From a virus: a stretch of 64,000 bases of DNA. Under the pieces are notes generated by a model. That model had not been told where the DNA came from, ran no database searches, and saw only the letters and a list, made by a program, of their open reading frames with translations. The stretch is from IMG/VR virus record IMGVR_UViG_3300045988_072096, one strand, 5' to 3'. Below, piece after piece: positions 52,909-64,000 of this stretch; positions within the stretch are counted from its first letter, which is position 1; each line of letters starts with the position of its first letter. The position numbers and the translations under genes are program-made.

Positions 52909-54606
52909 TTAATTTATTCTAGCGTCTTCAGTTGTTCTGCTCGCTTTATCGTTAAATAACTTACCAATATTTACATCCATAGATTCAGTTTCTGGAGCGG
53001 ACCTATCGTCATAATTCGGGTTTATAATGAAATCTTTATTTTTTACATCTACAGAGCTTCCTTGAGTGGTTATATGAGTATCGTACCAATATGTATCTCT
53101 TGTACGATTCCATTTTCCAGATTTCTTTATTGCTTCATTACCATTAGCGTTCATCACATCTTCATCGCTCTTTTTATACCAAACTTGTGTTTCAGCAAAT
53201 GTTCTAACTTTACCGTCTTTACATAACGTAGTCAATATTTTTCCGGTAGGCCTCATTTTATAATCATAATTATTGAAATCAACACTCTTATTTTGTGACA
53301 ATACGGTGGTTTCGCCGGAATTGAGTTTAACTCTGGCCGTTCCGTACATATGGTTAGATACAGCTTTTGCAGAATATAATCTATTACCCATTGCGTTAGA
53401 CAAAGAAACTGTATTATCTGGACCGACATTTAAACCTAACGACTTTGATACATTTGACGCTAAATCAAAGGTACTCATATTACGTAAAAATTGAGTTCTA
53501 GTGTTAAATCTATTTGCATGTACTTTCTTTCTCTAAGCGGTTTTGATATCTAATGTCAACTATTTCATATTATCCGTTTTACCAGAATTAATATCTTGCA
53601 ATAACGATTTCTTTATATCATTTACACTTCTTCCACTAATATGTGCGAATCCTGCAAACATATTCTCAGATATGTGCGAATGTCCTTCACTGCCACTACC
53701 GTCACCGTTTCTATATTTTGCAGCTTCTCTAGCATTTATTTCAGCCATTGTGAGCGCATGTTCATATTTTTTGAGTGCAAACGGATCTACTTCATATTTA
53801 TCGGGAGATAAATAACGCATGTTCGCGTCAGCTATACGTCTATCTAATATATCATATGCTTTATTAATAAGCTCTTCTTTAGACGCATTCGGATTTTGTT
53901 TTGCAGCTTGTTCTTGTGCCAACTTCCACTCGAATGCACCTCTTGGAGTATTGATGAAATCTTGAGCGTTTGATTTTGCAGCGTTCAACAGATCATTATA
54001 ATCATATGAATATCTTCTCTGTCCATTTTTCATGCCTTTGTACAACGGCTGACGTCCTTTGTATATATAGTCCGTAACCTCTCCTAATCCCTAGAATGGA
54101 CTAAATGTGCTATTGTATACACCGTCTTTAAGTGTATCCCAATCTTTAAAGCTAGCTCTACCGGCTTGCTGATCTAAGAAATCTTGATAAGCTTGACTAT
54201 ATAAACCTTTAGATTCAAGTTCGGCTTTAACCTTCAACGCATTTAATCCTTGCAATGCAGATGCTTTCAATTTAGCAAGTTGCCCACCAGGAGCTGCTGC
54301 TATAGTCTATGCAATCCTAGCTCTACCTTCTTGGCTACGTATCATGTCTGGGCCGTAATTCTATAATAAATTACGTATTGGTTCATTTACTAGTTGATCC
54401 CAGTTCTCGTTATCTTTCTCATATGGACTATAGAATTCGCCATATTTACTATTATATTCTTTTAAATCCTATGCAGCTTGCATATAATCTTGGCGCACAG
54501 CATTTGCATAATTCTACTGTGCTGCCAAGAATAATTGTGCAGTTGCAGGATCAAACATGTCATCTATCTTATAGATAACAGGTTGTTCTTGTCCTAGTAT
54601 ATTCAT
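52909..54606 (-). CDS. Late virion-module protein, 565 codons (7 in-frame TAG)
   Basis: Fragments 52909..53478 and 53560..54045 plus an upstream stretch are in one frame. ATG at 54606. TAA at 52909. Confidence 0.7.
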
Positions 54607-54613
54607 TGCTATA

Positions 54614-57016
54614 TTATTTATATAGTGCCGTATCAATCCGTGGAATTAAGTTTTGGAAATAGTATGGCTAACTATTTCTCCACTTGTTATATTGTCTAGA
54701 ATAATCTGTTAGTGGATATTTCGGTGCGCTCAACTAATACATTATAGGAGTCTTCTTTTCGTACATTGGAGTACTTGTTGCCATGTATTTATACAATCTA
54801 TCACCAAATGATTGTCCAAATGGATTGAAACTTATTTTAGCTTCTGTACTCGAACCATTCTTAGCTTTATTTGAACTGTTCTTAGCATTAGCAAGATCTC
54901 TATTGAAACTCCTTTCTTCCAGATCTGCTTGACGGTCATATAAGTCAATAAGTCTATTATTATAATCTTGAGCGCTTTCAAATTCTTGTTGCTGGAATAG
55001 ATTCTTTCCGAGTGCTCCAAGCATATTAAGTCTACCTTGGTTAGCATTCTCCATACCAAGCAATCTACGTGCTACAGCCTCCCTATAAGCTTGCTGTTGC
55101 TGTGCAAGAGCAGTTTGTTGTCTAGCAGCATCTTTCTCACCAGCCTCCATTAGCGCTTGTGCATAAGCTTGTTTGTACTTATTATTAATATCGTTAGCTT
55201 CTCCATACAATTTGGCCATATTCATCATATAGTTGTTACCATGTGCAGCTAACATTTTAGTACGCTGTCCTGCACTAAGTCCGCCTTGTTGGTTTATATT
55301 ATAGATACCTTGTCTATATGCATCACGTACCTATTGGGCTTGTTGATACGGATCAAAATGCATTTGCCCAAGTATACTCAATGCTCTATCTGCATTACTA
55401 TTACGAACATAACTATTAGCAGCTTGTGGAGCTGAATTTTTATAATAGTTGTATTGGCTGTTAGGTATTCCGTATGCTCCAGCATATATTAATGGCTATA
55501 GCCAATTTAAATTAAATTTACCTTTATCATACTGAGGCATTGTGCCGTCATATATATTCTATATCTTATGTTGCATTTCTTGTCTATTTAACGGTTCTTT
55601 CGTGCTTTCTACAAGCTGCTATTGCATCAAGTCTAACTGCTTGAGATTAAGCTCTTTAGTTTTGCTGTCAGCATTTTTATTAGACTCAATTAACTTGCGT
55701 AATTTTTCATTTTTGGCATACTGCTTAGACATAGGAGCTACTTGATCTGCAAATGATTTTCCATTAGTCCAGTCTATATCGTTACCTGCAATGTAATTAT
55801 TGTCGCCTTCTTGTACTGAACTATATTGATCATCTGCACGCTTTTTACCTTTGTCTATATAGGTCATCTTACCTTCATCGAAGTTTACAATAGTCTCTCC
55901 TTTGCCAACCTTAGAGTTTATCGGACCAAGACGATACCCATCTTTATCGAATACCATTCCATATCTACCTTTGCTAGGTTGGTCTATTAAGTTATAATTT
56001 ACAGCTGTTTTTCCTCTATCGGCATTGTATAAAGATGTACCAGTATAAGCATCATTATCGAATTCATTTCTAAGTCCTTCTGATGCTGCTACAGATTCAG
56101 CTTGTTTATTCTGATTAGCGTAACTTGAAATCAAAGCTTCTTTTCTGCGTCGTAATTCGCGCTTGCGTCGTCTACGTCCAAATAATGACCCTATGCCACC
56201 TATGAGACCACCAATTAATCCACCACCAATGATTCCAAGCGGACCGAGCGATGTACCAAGCAACGATCCTACTGCTAGTGCAGATCCTACACCAGCTCCT
56301 GCTCCAGAAATACTATTTGATAATATTCTATTATTTTCTCCGTATTTCAGCATTCTATCGTACGCAGAAGTATCTCCGAGGTTTTTAGTAGTATAATCAA
56401 CTCCATTTACAGATTGAGTGATTTCATTGTGACTTTGGTCCATCATGCCTGAAGTTGGAATACTCGGACCTTTTGCCAAACCACTTCCGAGATTATATAA
56501 TCCGTATGCAGCACCTGCTGCACTTAATGCAGTTCCAGCAGTACCTCCTAAAGCTGATGTTGCTTGTTTTGTAGTCTCCTATATTGATTTCTTGGCAGCT
56601 TCCTATCCAGCCTATTGCGCTCCAGCGGTTATTGTACTCCAAGGTGCGTTATCTATTGTATTATTTACGGTCGCCTTAAATGCATTATTCATCATAGTCT
56701 TCGCAGAAGCATCCAATGATGATTTAACAGCTTCTTTACCTGCTCCCGCCATTAACGATGAATATTTTAACGCACCAGTCAATGGTTGTTTTAACACGGT
56801 AACATAAGGCATACCTGTACTTACAGCACCTTGCAATGATGGTTTATACATGCTGGCCTCTGCGGACATATCTTGTCCTTGCTATATTGAAGGAGTACCT
56901 ATGTTAAAGTTATCACTTTGCTAATAACCAGATGCAGTCTGTTTTGCTGCTAAATCATATCTAGGTAGTCCGTTTCGTATTTGTTTATATTGTAATAATC
57001 TATCTCTTTTATTCAT
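54614..57016 (-). CDS. Late virion-module protein, 800 codons (11 TAG), with a Gly-zipper hydrophobic segment followed by an Arg/Lys cluster
   Basis: Fragments 54734..55255, 55619..56479 and 56612..56869 are in one frame. ATG at 57016 lies right after the upstream TAA. TAA at 54614. Contains GAGAGVGSALAVGSLLGTSLGPLGIIGGGLIGGLIGGIGSLFGRRRRKRELRRRKE. Confidence 0.7.
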
Positions 57017-57018
57017 AA

Positions 57019-60000
57019 TTAATTGTATGATTGTCTAAATTTGGTTATTATATGTGATATTGCATGATCGTTGTTATTACTATTCATCAACAGTTCTTCT
57101 ATCATCCATTTACCACGTAATCTACGAATTCTATCTGCACACCTTGGTATCGGGAAGCATATATTTCCTTCTCTATTTGTATATTCATCGATCGTTCCAG
57201 CTTCATCTAAATCTGTATAGAGATTGCAGTTGAAATTATCGTAATCAGCAGTTTGTTTAGTATGACTCGAAGTAGTATTATATAATTGCGGGAAGACTAT
57301 TTGCTGATTATCAAATACTTTTGTAACTGATGCATTTGGATTTACTACAAAGTTCAACCTGGCTGTATCATCATTAGTTGTTGGAGTTTCGCCATCATTA
57401 CACCAACGTGTATATGCTGCAAAATTAGATCTTATCGAAATTGCATCAGTCTGATTTGTTAAATTATTATATACTGTAGCTAATTGCCCATTTAACACAT
57501 CATACATAGACTACGCTATACCTAATTTGCAGTTAAATGCTAATGTCATTTCCCCGATTAAAATAGCATTATTTTTAATCGGATGAAATAATAACTCGTC
57601 GTTAATTGCGTCATACGTAATTGTAGGTACTTGAACGTTGTCAGTAATATTTATCTACATTAGCGTCTTTACATTACAACTTTCTGTAAAGTCTACTACT
57701 GACATTTTAGCACCACCATATGCGCCAGATGTAGCTTTGTATGCTGCGATACATTTATTGCCATAATCAAACCAATATATATCATTGTCGACATTTACTT
57801 TACACATATCCTGTGCCCTCATTCCAAACTTGGTACTCAAGTAATCGAATCTCTGTAATACAGTTCCCTATCCAAGTTGTATAAGGTTACTGTTTTCATC
57901 TTTGACAAGTGAGCGTTCATTAACAGATAACTTACCGAACGCTTTTGTTTGCCAGAAATATAATGTATCTTGTGCAGTAAGCATGTCAGTTAATTCTCCA
58001 TATGTTGAATTAACATCTATATAATCTACAGGCTTAAATATATTCCAGCTATTTAAAAGTTCTCCATTGGTCTTTAGCTGTGAATAACATATTCTTTGAG
58101 AATAATTATTTTCCAATCGCTCAGTACTTTGTGGTGAATATAGATCATTGCTAGTTCCATTATCAGAATAAATAAGATTATACTGATGTACCGGTCTATC
58201 TTGCGAAGCTACACCCTTTATTTCACCAGCTTCAGCTTGTAAGTTAGCGTTATTTGTATTACGATAATTCATTCCATAATCGAAATACTGGTTAATAGTA
58301 CTCTCCATTGGGATGTAGTGTATTGTCTACATAGATTGCAATGAACTCTTATCGTCATTAAAGTCATATGCCTTATACATACCTTCTATCTCGTATATCT
58401 GTGTATACGTATCACCAGTAAATATATTTATCTTATTGACACCATCTGATGAATACGCCTTATAATCACCGAATCCGTAATATGTATCATATTGTTTAGA
58501 TGACATATCTTTGCCAGAATAATGAATAGCTGGATGTGTAATTTCACATAACAATGTACCAGGATAACTATTTAATTTAGATATTTCTTCAGGGTCTTTA
58601 TAATCTATATTACTATCAGGTTCAGGATGTGAATATATTAAAGTTCCACCATAATAGGATGGAGTAGATGCGTTTTCTATAAGATTAGTCGTTATAACTT
58701 CTCCAAATACATTTTTTAGAGAATACGACACTGTAATATCTTCAAACGGTATTAAATCGTCTAATGACTATTTATCATTCGGCAATTGTACTATTAAGCA
58801 CCTTGCTGCAGGCCCAATTGGTCCAATTGATGGATATGTTCTTGTTGTATGTTTGCCGGAATTATTAACGTTTGTAAACTCGACAACATTTTTCCAAAGA
58901 CTAGTGGTCCATCCGAATTCATTATTTGTCCCTACAGGAATATCATATTTACTACTACAAACCCAATTCAAATAACTAGATGTTGATATATTTTTAGCGT
59001 ACGATTTGTACTTCTTTACGGCATTTTCTAATACACTGCCATTTGTTACATGATTGGAAAATCCATCCTCCCAATTGAGCATTTTCACGCTAGAAATATC
59101 TTGTATTTGTTTATAATAATTGTTTTGATTTAACTTAAAGACTGTTTCTTTCGTATAAAAGACATTGTCTATATCTGCCTTGTCGTCAAAAGCCCTAAGA
59201 TCTAAATTATCCCAAACCTGTGTATAATCATCGGGATTTAACATAAAAAATCTTCTAGAATATACCGTATTTGTAGAGTCTAAATACTATAATTTGTTTA
59301 TTTTATTCGATTTGTCTGACTTCGAGTAACTTAATGTTTTATAATTTATATTAGTATATTTCCCAAATGTATAGTCATGTCCAACTTCTATCTATGAGTA
59401 ATCACTATTTTTTCCTATTAGTGGAATAAAACTTAATGAAAAGATTTTATTTTTTTGTGCCCGATTCGATACATTTATCTATTGCTCAGTTGAATCACTA
59501 TATGCGTCATCTTTTGTAAATTTTACAATTCCGTCTGTTGTAGAAGAGTACAAATATAAGGAGGGGACTAATGAAATCTAGTTTACCTTAAGTTTGTTTA
59601 AAACATTATCCACATACGTCTATATTTCAGGACAGTATATCTGATATAACATGTTATCAGAAGCACCACTTGTCATTTGTTTTGGCCATTGCGTTGTAAC
59701 TGCTCCGCCATCATAATCACACGGAGTATATCCAATATACTAAGGATTGCTTATAATAAATCCAGTAGGATAATATGGAGAATATGTACCATCGACAAGT
59801 TGTTGCCTAACAGTGCTTGCTATCACAACTTGTTGTAGAGATCTAGAATATTCATTTGTACGTTGACAACGTACTATTTCGTATCCGCATATATTATTGT
59901 CAGTAGCAAATTTTTTAAACGCTTCATTTAATGTAAATTCTATACCTATCTGTTTTGTAGTATAGTTTTTGTTCAATTCAACTATATCCGGTCCAGGAAT

Positions 60001-61710
60001 TCTAATGTCACCTATCCATACCACGTCACTTCTTGTGCCATCATTCTTATATAATATTATACCATAGCGATATACTTCACCACGTTTAAGCGACTTAATA
60101 CAGCTGCTTGTAATAGCATTATTATGTGATACTTTGTCTGGTTCTGGGAAACCACAATCGGAAATAATATCCGTCTCTTTTGGTGCATTTACCTAAGATT
60201 CGTCTTTTCCGGAATATTCAAATTTGCCAGACTAATTATTATAATATATATAATCTGAATTATAAGTAATGGCTGTTTCTTCATCGGTGACTACGTTTGC
60301 CACTAATAACTTCCATGAAATGTAAACACCACTGCCACCGATATAATTATTATAATCGACCATTACATTATTAAATGGTTCATCGAATTTATGGTTTATA
60401 TCAGAATATGGGTTTGAATAATCTGCTTCATTAAACATAGGATCATTTATAAAAGCAGTTATCCTAGAATCTACGTCAGTTGTTTCTTCAACACTAGTTT
60501 CTACATGATCGTAAGTAGTTGGTACGAGATATGGAATGGTATGAGCATTATGGTAAATTGGTATAAACTATATAGCCCAGAATTTCTTAAGATCATTTCT
60601 ACTTAATTGGAATGTAGTAGTATCTTTAACGTTTCCAGCGAATAAATAGCCTTGATTTTGTTCAAGTAGTTTAGGTATAATGTCCTGTCCATGTATCTAA
60701 GCGAACTCTTCCACGGATATAGTCTGTAAAGTCTTACGCCCGTTATCTATAACACTAATATTTGTGCCTGTAAACTCACCGTCATATATCAGATCAATCT
60801 AAGCATTCTAATTAGGTTTTATATATTGTATTCTATATACCTGTAGCCTATCGAATTGATCTATCTTTTCATCAACTGCTATTCCTAACTATAAACCTAT
60901 TGACGTAACTGTATCTTCAGCACAGCCAATTTCAGTATCACGAGAAGGATTTATGACTTGATATTTACGACTCAATGGTGCTAACTTACTAGTTACTCCA
61001 TATTTCTTATAGAACCTATAAGTATATTGTACCTATGAAGCTTTAAGTTGTCCTCCTACGATTGCCTTATATGTAATAGCATGTTTTGGGAAATACCTAT
61101 TTTGACTAATTAAATCTATATCAATTTCTCCTTCTGTTTTGTGGGTTGTTTCATCTATTTTATACAGACTTTTAATATAATCAGTATCCTTTACATTGAT
61201 TATCATTATCTTATGCTCGCCGTCTGCAATGTATAAATTTACTACAGCATCGGTTTCATACTGTAATACTGCCGAAACATTTCGCAAGTCAACTGCATCT
61301 TCTACTTTTTCTCGAATTTTTATCTTGCACAAGAACGTCCATCTATATCTTGGTAATTCATCAGAAGCCTCTACTTTATACAAATATACGTAATTATTAT
61401 GTAGCTTAATTAAGATATTAGTGTCTCCTGATGTAATTATTTTTATTATCCGCTGAGTTTTATCGTCGTCGAATTTAGGTACAATCTAAGTCGTATAAGT
61501 AATGTCTTCATTTAACGCTTTAACTGGAGTCATTACGCCGTATTTTCCATATGCAGCAATATCATTAAAGCTATTTATTTTCGACGTACCATACGGGCGT
61601 AAATTAATAGCATATATGTACTGGTTATTTTTAATAGTGTCATACGCAGAATCAGTATTCATACCACCAGTAAAAGTATTTATAAACGTATTATTCTGTT
61701 CAGTAGCCAT
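57019..61710 (-). CDS. Large late structural (tail-type) protein, 1,563 codons (~20 TAG)
   Basis: Nine track fragments (57019..61773) share one frame and all gaps were scanned. The ATG at 61710 (MATEQNNTFINTFTGGMNTD) overlaps the upstream TGA. TAA at 57019. The tail function is inferred from size and position only. Confidence 0.7.
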
Positions 61711-62563
61711 AGTAATAATCATTATATAAAGACTGTTGTTTACCAATATTACTAAAGAATGTTTCATCACCATCCCAATCTGGTATTAACTTATTCCAGT
61801 CTCTCTTTATGTTCTGCATATCATCTGCTGTAGGCATCATAGCTTCTGCATATGCTTGATTTCTATAAAAATTCCATTGTTGCTGTAAGTAAGAATAAAC
61901 AGCACCATTATTGTTCACACCTTTACCGCCGAGCTTTCCTTTAAGGTATTTTGAAAAGTTTATTTTCATTACTACATACCAATATATTGCCTCTTGATAC
62001 GATGTCGTATCTGGGATAAGCGGATAGCCACGTTCATCTGTAGCGATTGCTTTATATTGTAATTTAATGTACCCATCTCGCATATTAGTAGAAATCCAAC
62101 CTGGCTTAATAAAATATTCTGGTTTTTCATTAAGTCTATTGCGCAAATACTTCATTCCGTTTACTGTAGCAAACTGTGATTGAGTGGTTGGATATTTATA
62201 CTTCATCTACTCGTGTTCGGGCTTAATTTCTTGCCTTTCTGCGGCTAAATTATTTGGGTCTGTAGGAAGTACGTATTCTTCTTGAGCCTTAGGTATTTGT
62301 TTGCTTTTAAACAATCCTGTAGCAGTACTCATAGGCTGCCATGGTCCATTTTCATTCTTAGAATATGCCACACCATCTAATACAATTAAATCGGCAGGCA
62401 TCGGTATTTGATAGTCTTGTATTTTAAATATAGGTACGCCATCTATGCCAGACTCTCTGACTATATACTGCATAGGTGCGCCTATCTTTTCAGTAGCTTC
62501 AAATATCCATTCTCTAATATCCTCAATACGCTATCTTACCTCAGGCGAATCGAGGTCTGCCAT
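61700..62563 (-). CDS. Late protein, 287 codons (2 TAG); an alternative ATG exists at 62608
   Basis: Fragments 61700..62206 and 62207..62473 are joined by TAG. The true stop is TGA at 61700. Confidence 0.65.
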
Positions 62564-62588
62564 AATCTTAGCTATGACAGCCTCACAC

Positions 62589-62993
62589 TTAGTATACTTG
62601 TATATCATTGATATCTATATAATCTTGTTTGTTGAATATTAACTAAGCTAGTTTACGTTTATTCGCGCGTACCAAATTAAGTTGATATCTATATCTGTCT
62701 GGGAACACCCTAGGTATCTTAGACCAATATAATCTAAATTTATACCCATCTGAATGTTCATTTAAGTGATATATTCGCTTACCGTACTCTTTACTAGCTT
62801 TATAATCTACAGATAGAGACTTGCTATCATAGTTCTTAGGTCTATATTTACCAACCTATATCATACCTAACCCATAAGGCATTTTAAAGCCTTCTGAGCG
62901 CATGAATACGTGTTCTAGTATAATCTAGCACATACACTCTAATATGCGCTTATACGTAACGTAATCAACCTCTATCGGCATTCCTTTGTACAT
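62589..62993 (-). CDS. Late protein, 134 codons (3 TAG); invisible in the standard-code ORF track
   Basis: Hand translation gives MYKGMPIEVDYVTYKRILECMC*IILEHVF..KRKLA*LIFNKQDYIDINDIQVY with a TAA stop (* marks TAG). Confidence 0.55.
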
Positions 62994-63012
62994 GTCTCTA
63001 AATGTAATTGAT

Positions 63013-63723
63013 TTACTATTGTTCATCTTGTGGCCCATGCGGTTTAACACTAGCTAATGTAGCATTATTACTATCATCGCTAGGTCTATTTAACATAAAC
63101 GACAGTTCGTTTTTAAGTATATTATTCTTGATTGGAGGAACTAACCATGCTGGTATCTTTACTTCATCCTCATCGATATCATCTCCATCTTCAGCATCTT
63201 CTATATCTTCGTATACAGCCATTACCCAAATATACTTAAATTTACTATCATCAGGCAATCCTTGTACGTATATATAGCCTCCGTCATAGTAAGCAGTAAT
63301 AGCATTACCTGTATACTTTCTAAATGCTTGGTAATGTTTACGTACGTGATTCATGTATTGTATTATACAACCATTTTGATCATGTACGCTAAGTATACTT
63401 GATTCGTCGTTATTATATATACCTTCTAATTTTTCCTTGGTACGCTTAGTGTTGTTTGGCCAATGATCATCTTCTGTAGGATCTATTAACTCTAATGGAC
63501 CTTTTTCTCTAATAAATATATCATCTATATAATCCTCAAGCAGTTCATCGTCAACAGCCTACTCCTTCTATTTATCAAGCCTGTCTTTAAGGATCATCTA
63601 CTTATAAGCTCTAATCCAAACGGCTATTTGATGTCTTGACAAATCTTCACTTTCACTAATATTGTTATTGCGTACTATTAAAAGTATATCGTCTATGAAT
63701 TCTCTTAGTGAAATATATGTCAT
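63013..63723 (-). CDS. Late protein, 236 codons (4 TAG, the last one directly before TAA)
   Basis: Extends fragment 63016..63354 upstream to ATG 63723 (MTYISLREFIDDILLIV..). Ends ..DEQ-TAG-TAA. Confidence 0.65.
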
Positions 63724-63728
63724 AATTA

Positions 63729-64000
63729 TTAATTGTTTGATTCAACTATTCTTACATCTTTACTTTTAAGTAAGTCGTTTGTATTTACTATATTGTATTT
63801 ATACTTAGTAACTTTCTTAAAGTCCAATGTAAATAATCGTTTAAAGAAATTCTTTTTATTTTTATATTCTCTTTTAGTATATACGTATAAATATTGTTCA
63901 TTCTGTAAATCTATTGCTATATTTACAGTATCATTACCTATAGTATATTTAACTTTAGTTAGAGGGTTATATAATATACTATCTGTATATATACTATCTT
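63729..64000 (-). CDS. 3' end of a late gene (5' part lies outside the window)
   Basis: The frame is open from the window edge to the double stop TAA TAA (63726-63731). The next ATG is 2 nt downstream. Confidence 0.55.
   Translation of the reverse strand, partial: DSIYTDSILYNPLTKVKYTIGNDTVNIAIDLQNEQYLYVYTKREYKNKKNFFKRLFTLDFKKVTKYKYNIVNTNDLLKSKDVRIVESNN

Noticed and set aside
30343-63277. Plus-strand track ORFs inside the late region (for example 30343..30702, 35262..35555, 42756..43106, 47204..47578, 56445..56807, 63008..63277)
   Set aside because: They are antisense shadows of the long minus-strand frames, with low-complexity S/L/F/I-rich translations and no independent start context.
28248-63354. 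Reading the ~50 short minus-strand ORFs as decayed pseudogenes, or as an error-ridden assembly
   Set aside because: All interruptions are one codon (TAG). Neighbouring fragments stay in frame for up to 17.6 kb. No TAA or TGA occurs inside the frames. Genes end cleanly at TAA or TGA, with the next ATG 2-8 nt away or overlapping the stop. Random decay or indel errors would give mixed stops and frameshifts.
28113-64000. TGA or TAA also being reassigned in the late module
   Set aside because: TAA (8 times) and TGA (once) occur only at positions where the next gene starts 2-8 nt downstream or overlaps the stop. They behave as genuine terminators.
1-64000. CRISPR arrays, integrase or att sites, transposases, reverse transcriptase or DGR components
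   Set aside because: I saw no regularly spaced direct repeats and no ORF with recombinase, transposase or RT signature motifs. The tRNA-like fragments are not paired with an integrase.

Overview
This window looks like a 64-kb piece of an AT-rich tailed-phage genome with a crAss-like (Crassvirales-type) layout. That assignment is inferred from gene content and organisation, since no database search was possible.

Plus strand, 1-28.0 kb. About 45 short early, middle and replication genes are read in the standard code. They include a family-B DNA polymerase, a DnaB-like helicase, a TOPRIM primase, a Sak4/AAA_24-like ATPase, an SSB with a DDLPF tail, two PD-(D/E)xK nucleases and an ECF-type sigma factor. 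RNA islands sit between them:
- 3 canonical tRNAs (CAU, Gln-UUG, Leu-UAA);
- 3 type-I hammerhead ribozymes, two of which replace stem II with a covarying pseudoknot;
- at least 4 tRNA-like elements that keep the acceptor stem and T arm but have no usable anticodon arm. Two of these sit directly upstream of polB and primase;
- a 2.16-kb ORF-free, hairpin-dense region that contains an RNase P RNA-like candidate.

Minus strand, 28.1-64 kb. One convergent, tightly packed late operon of 9 genes forms ORFs only if TAG is read as a sense codon, probably Gln. By hand count there are about 170 in-frame TAGs, no internal TAA or TGA, and every gene ends at TAA or TGA. Read this way, the operon contains a 5,866-codon gene carrying a DFDID RNA-polymerase-type motif and a zincin HExxH motif, and a 2,394-codon gene with two more HExxH motifs. 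The early module still uses TAG as a terminator in 6 genes, three of them with an immediate backup stop.

No CUA-anticodon tRNA, CRISPR array, integrase or transposase was seen in this window.
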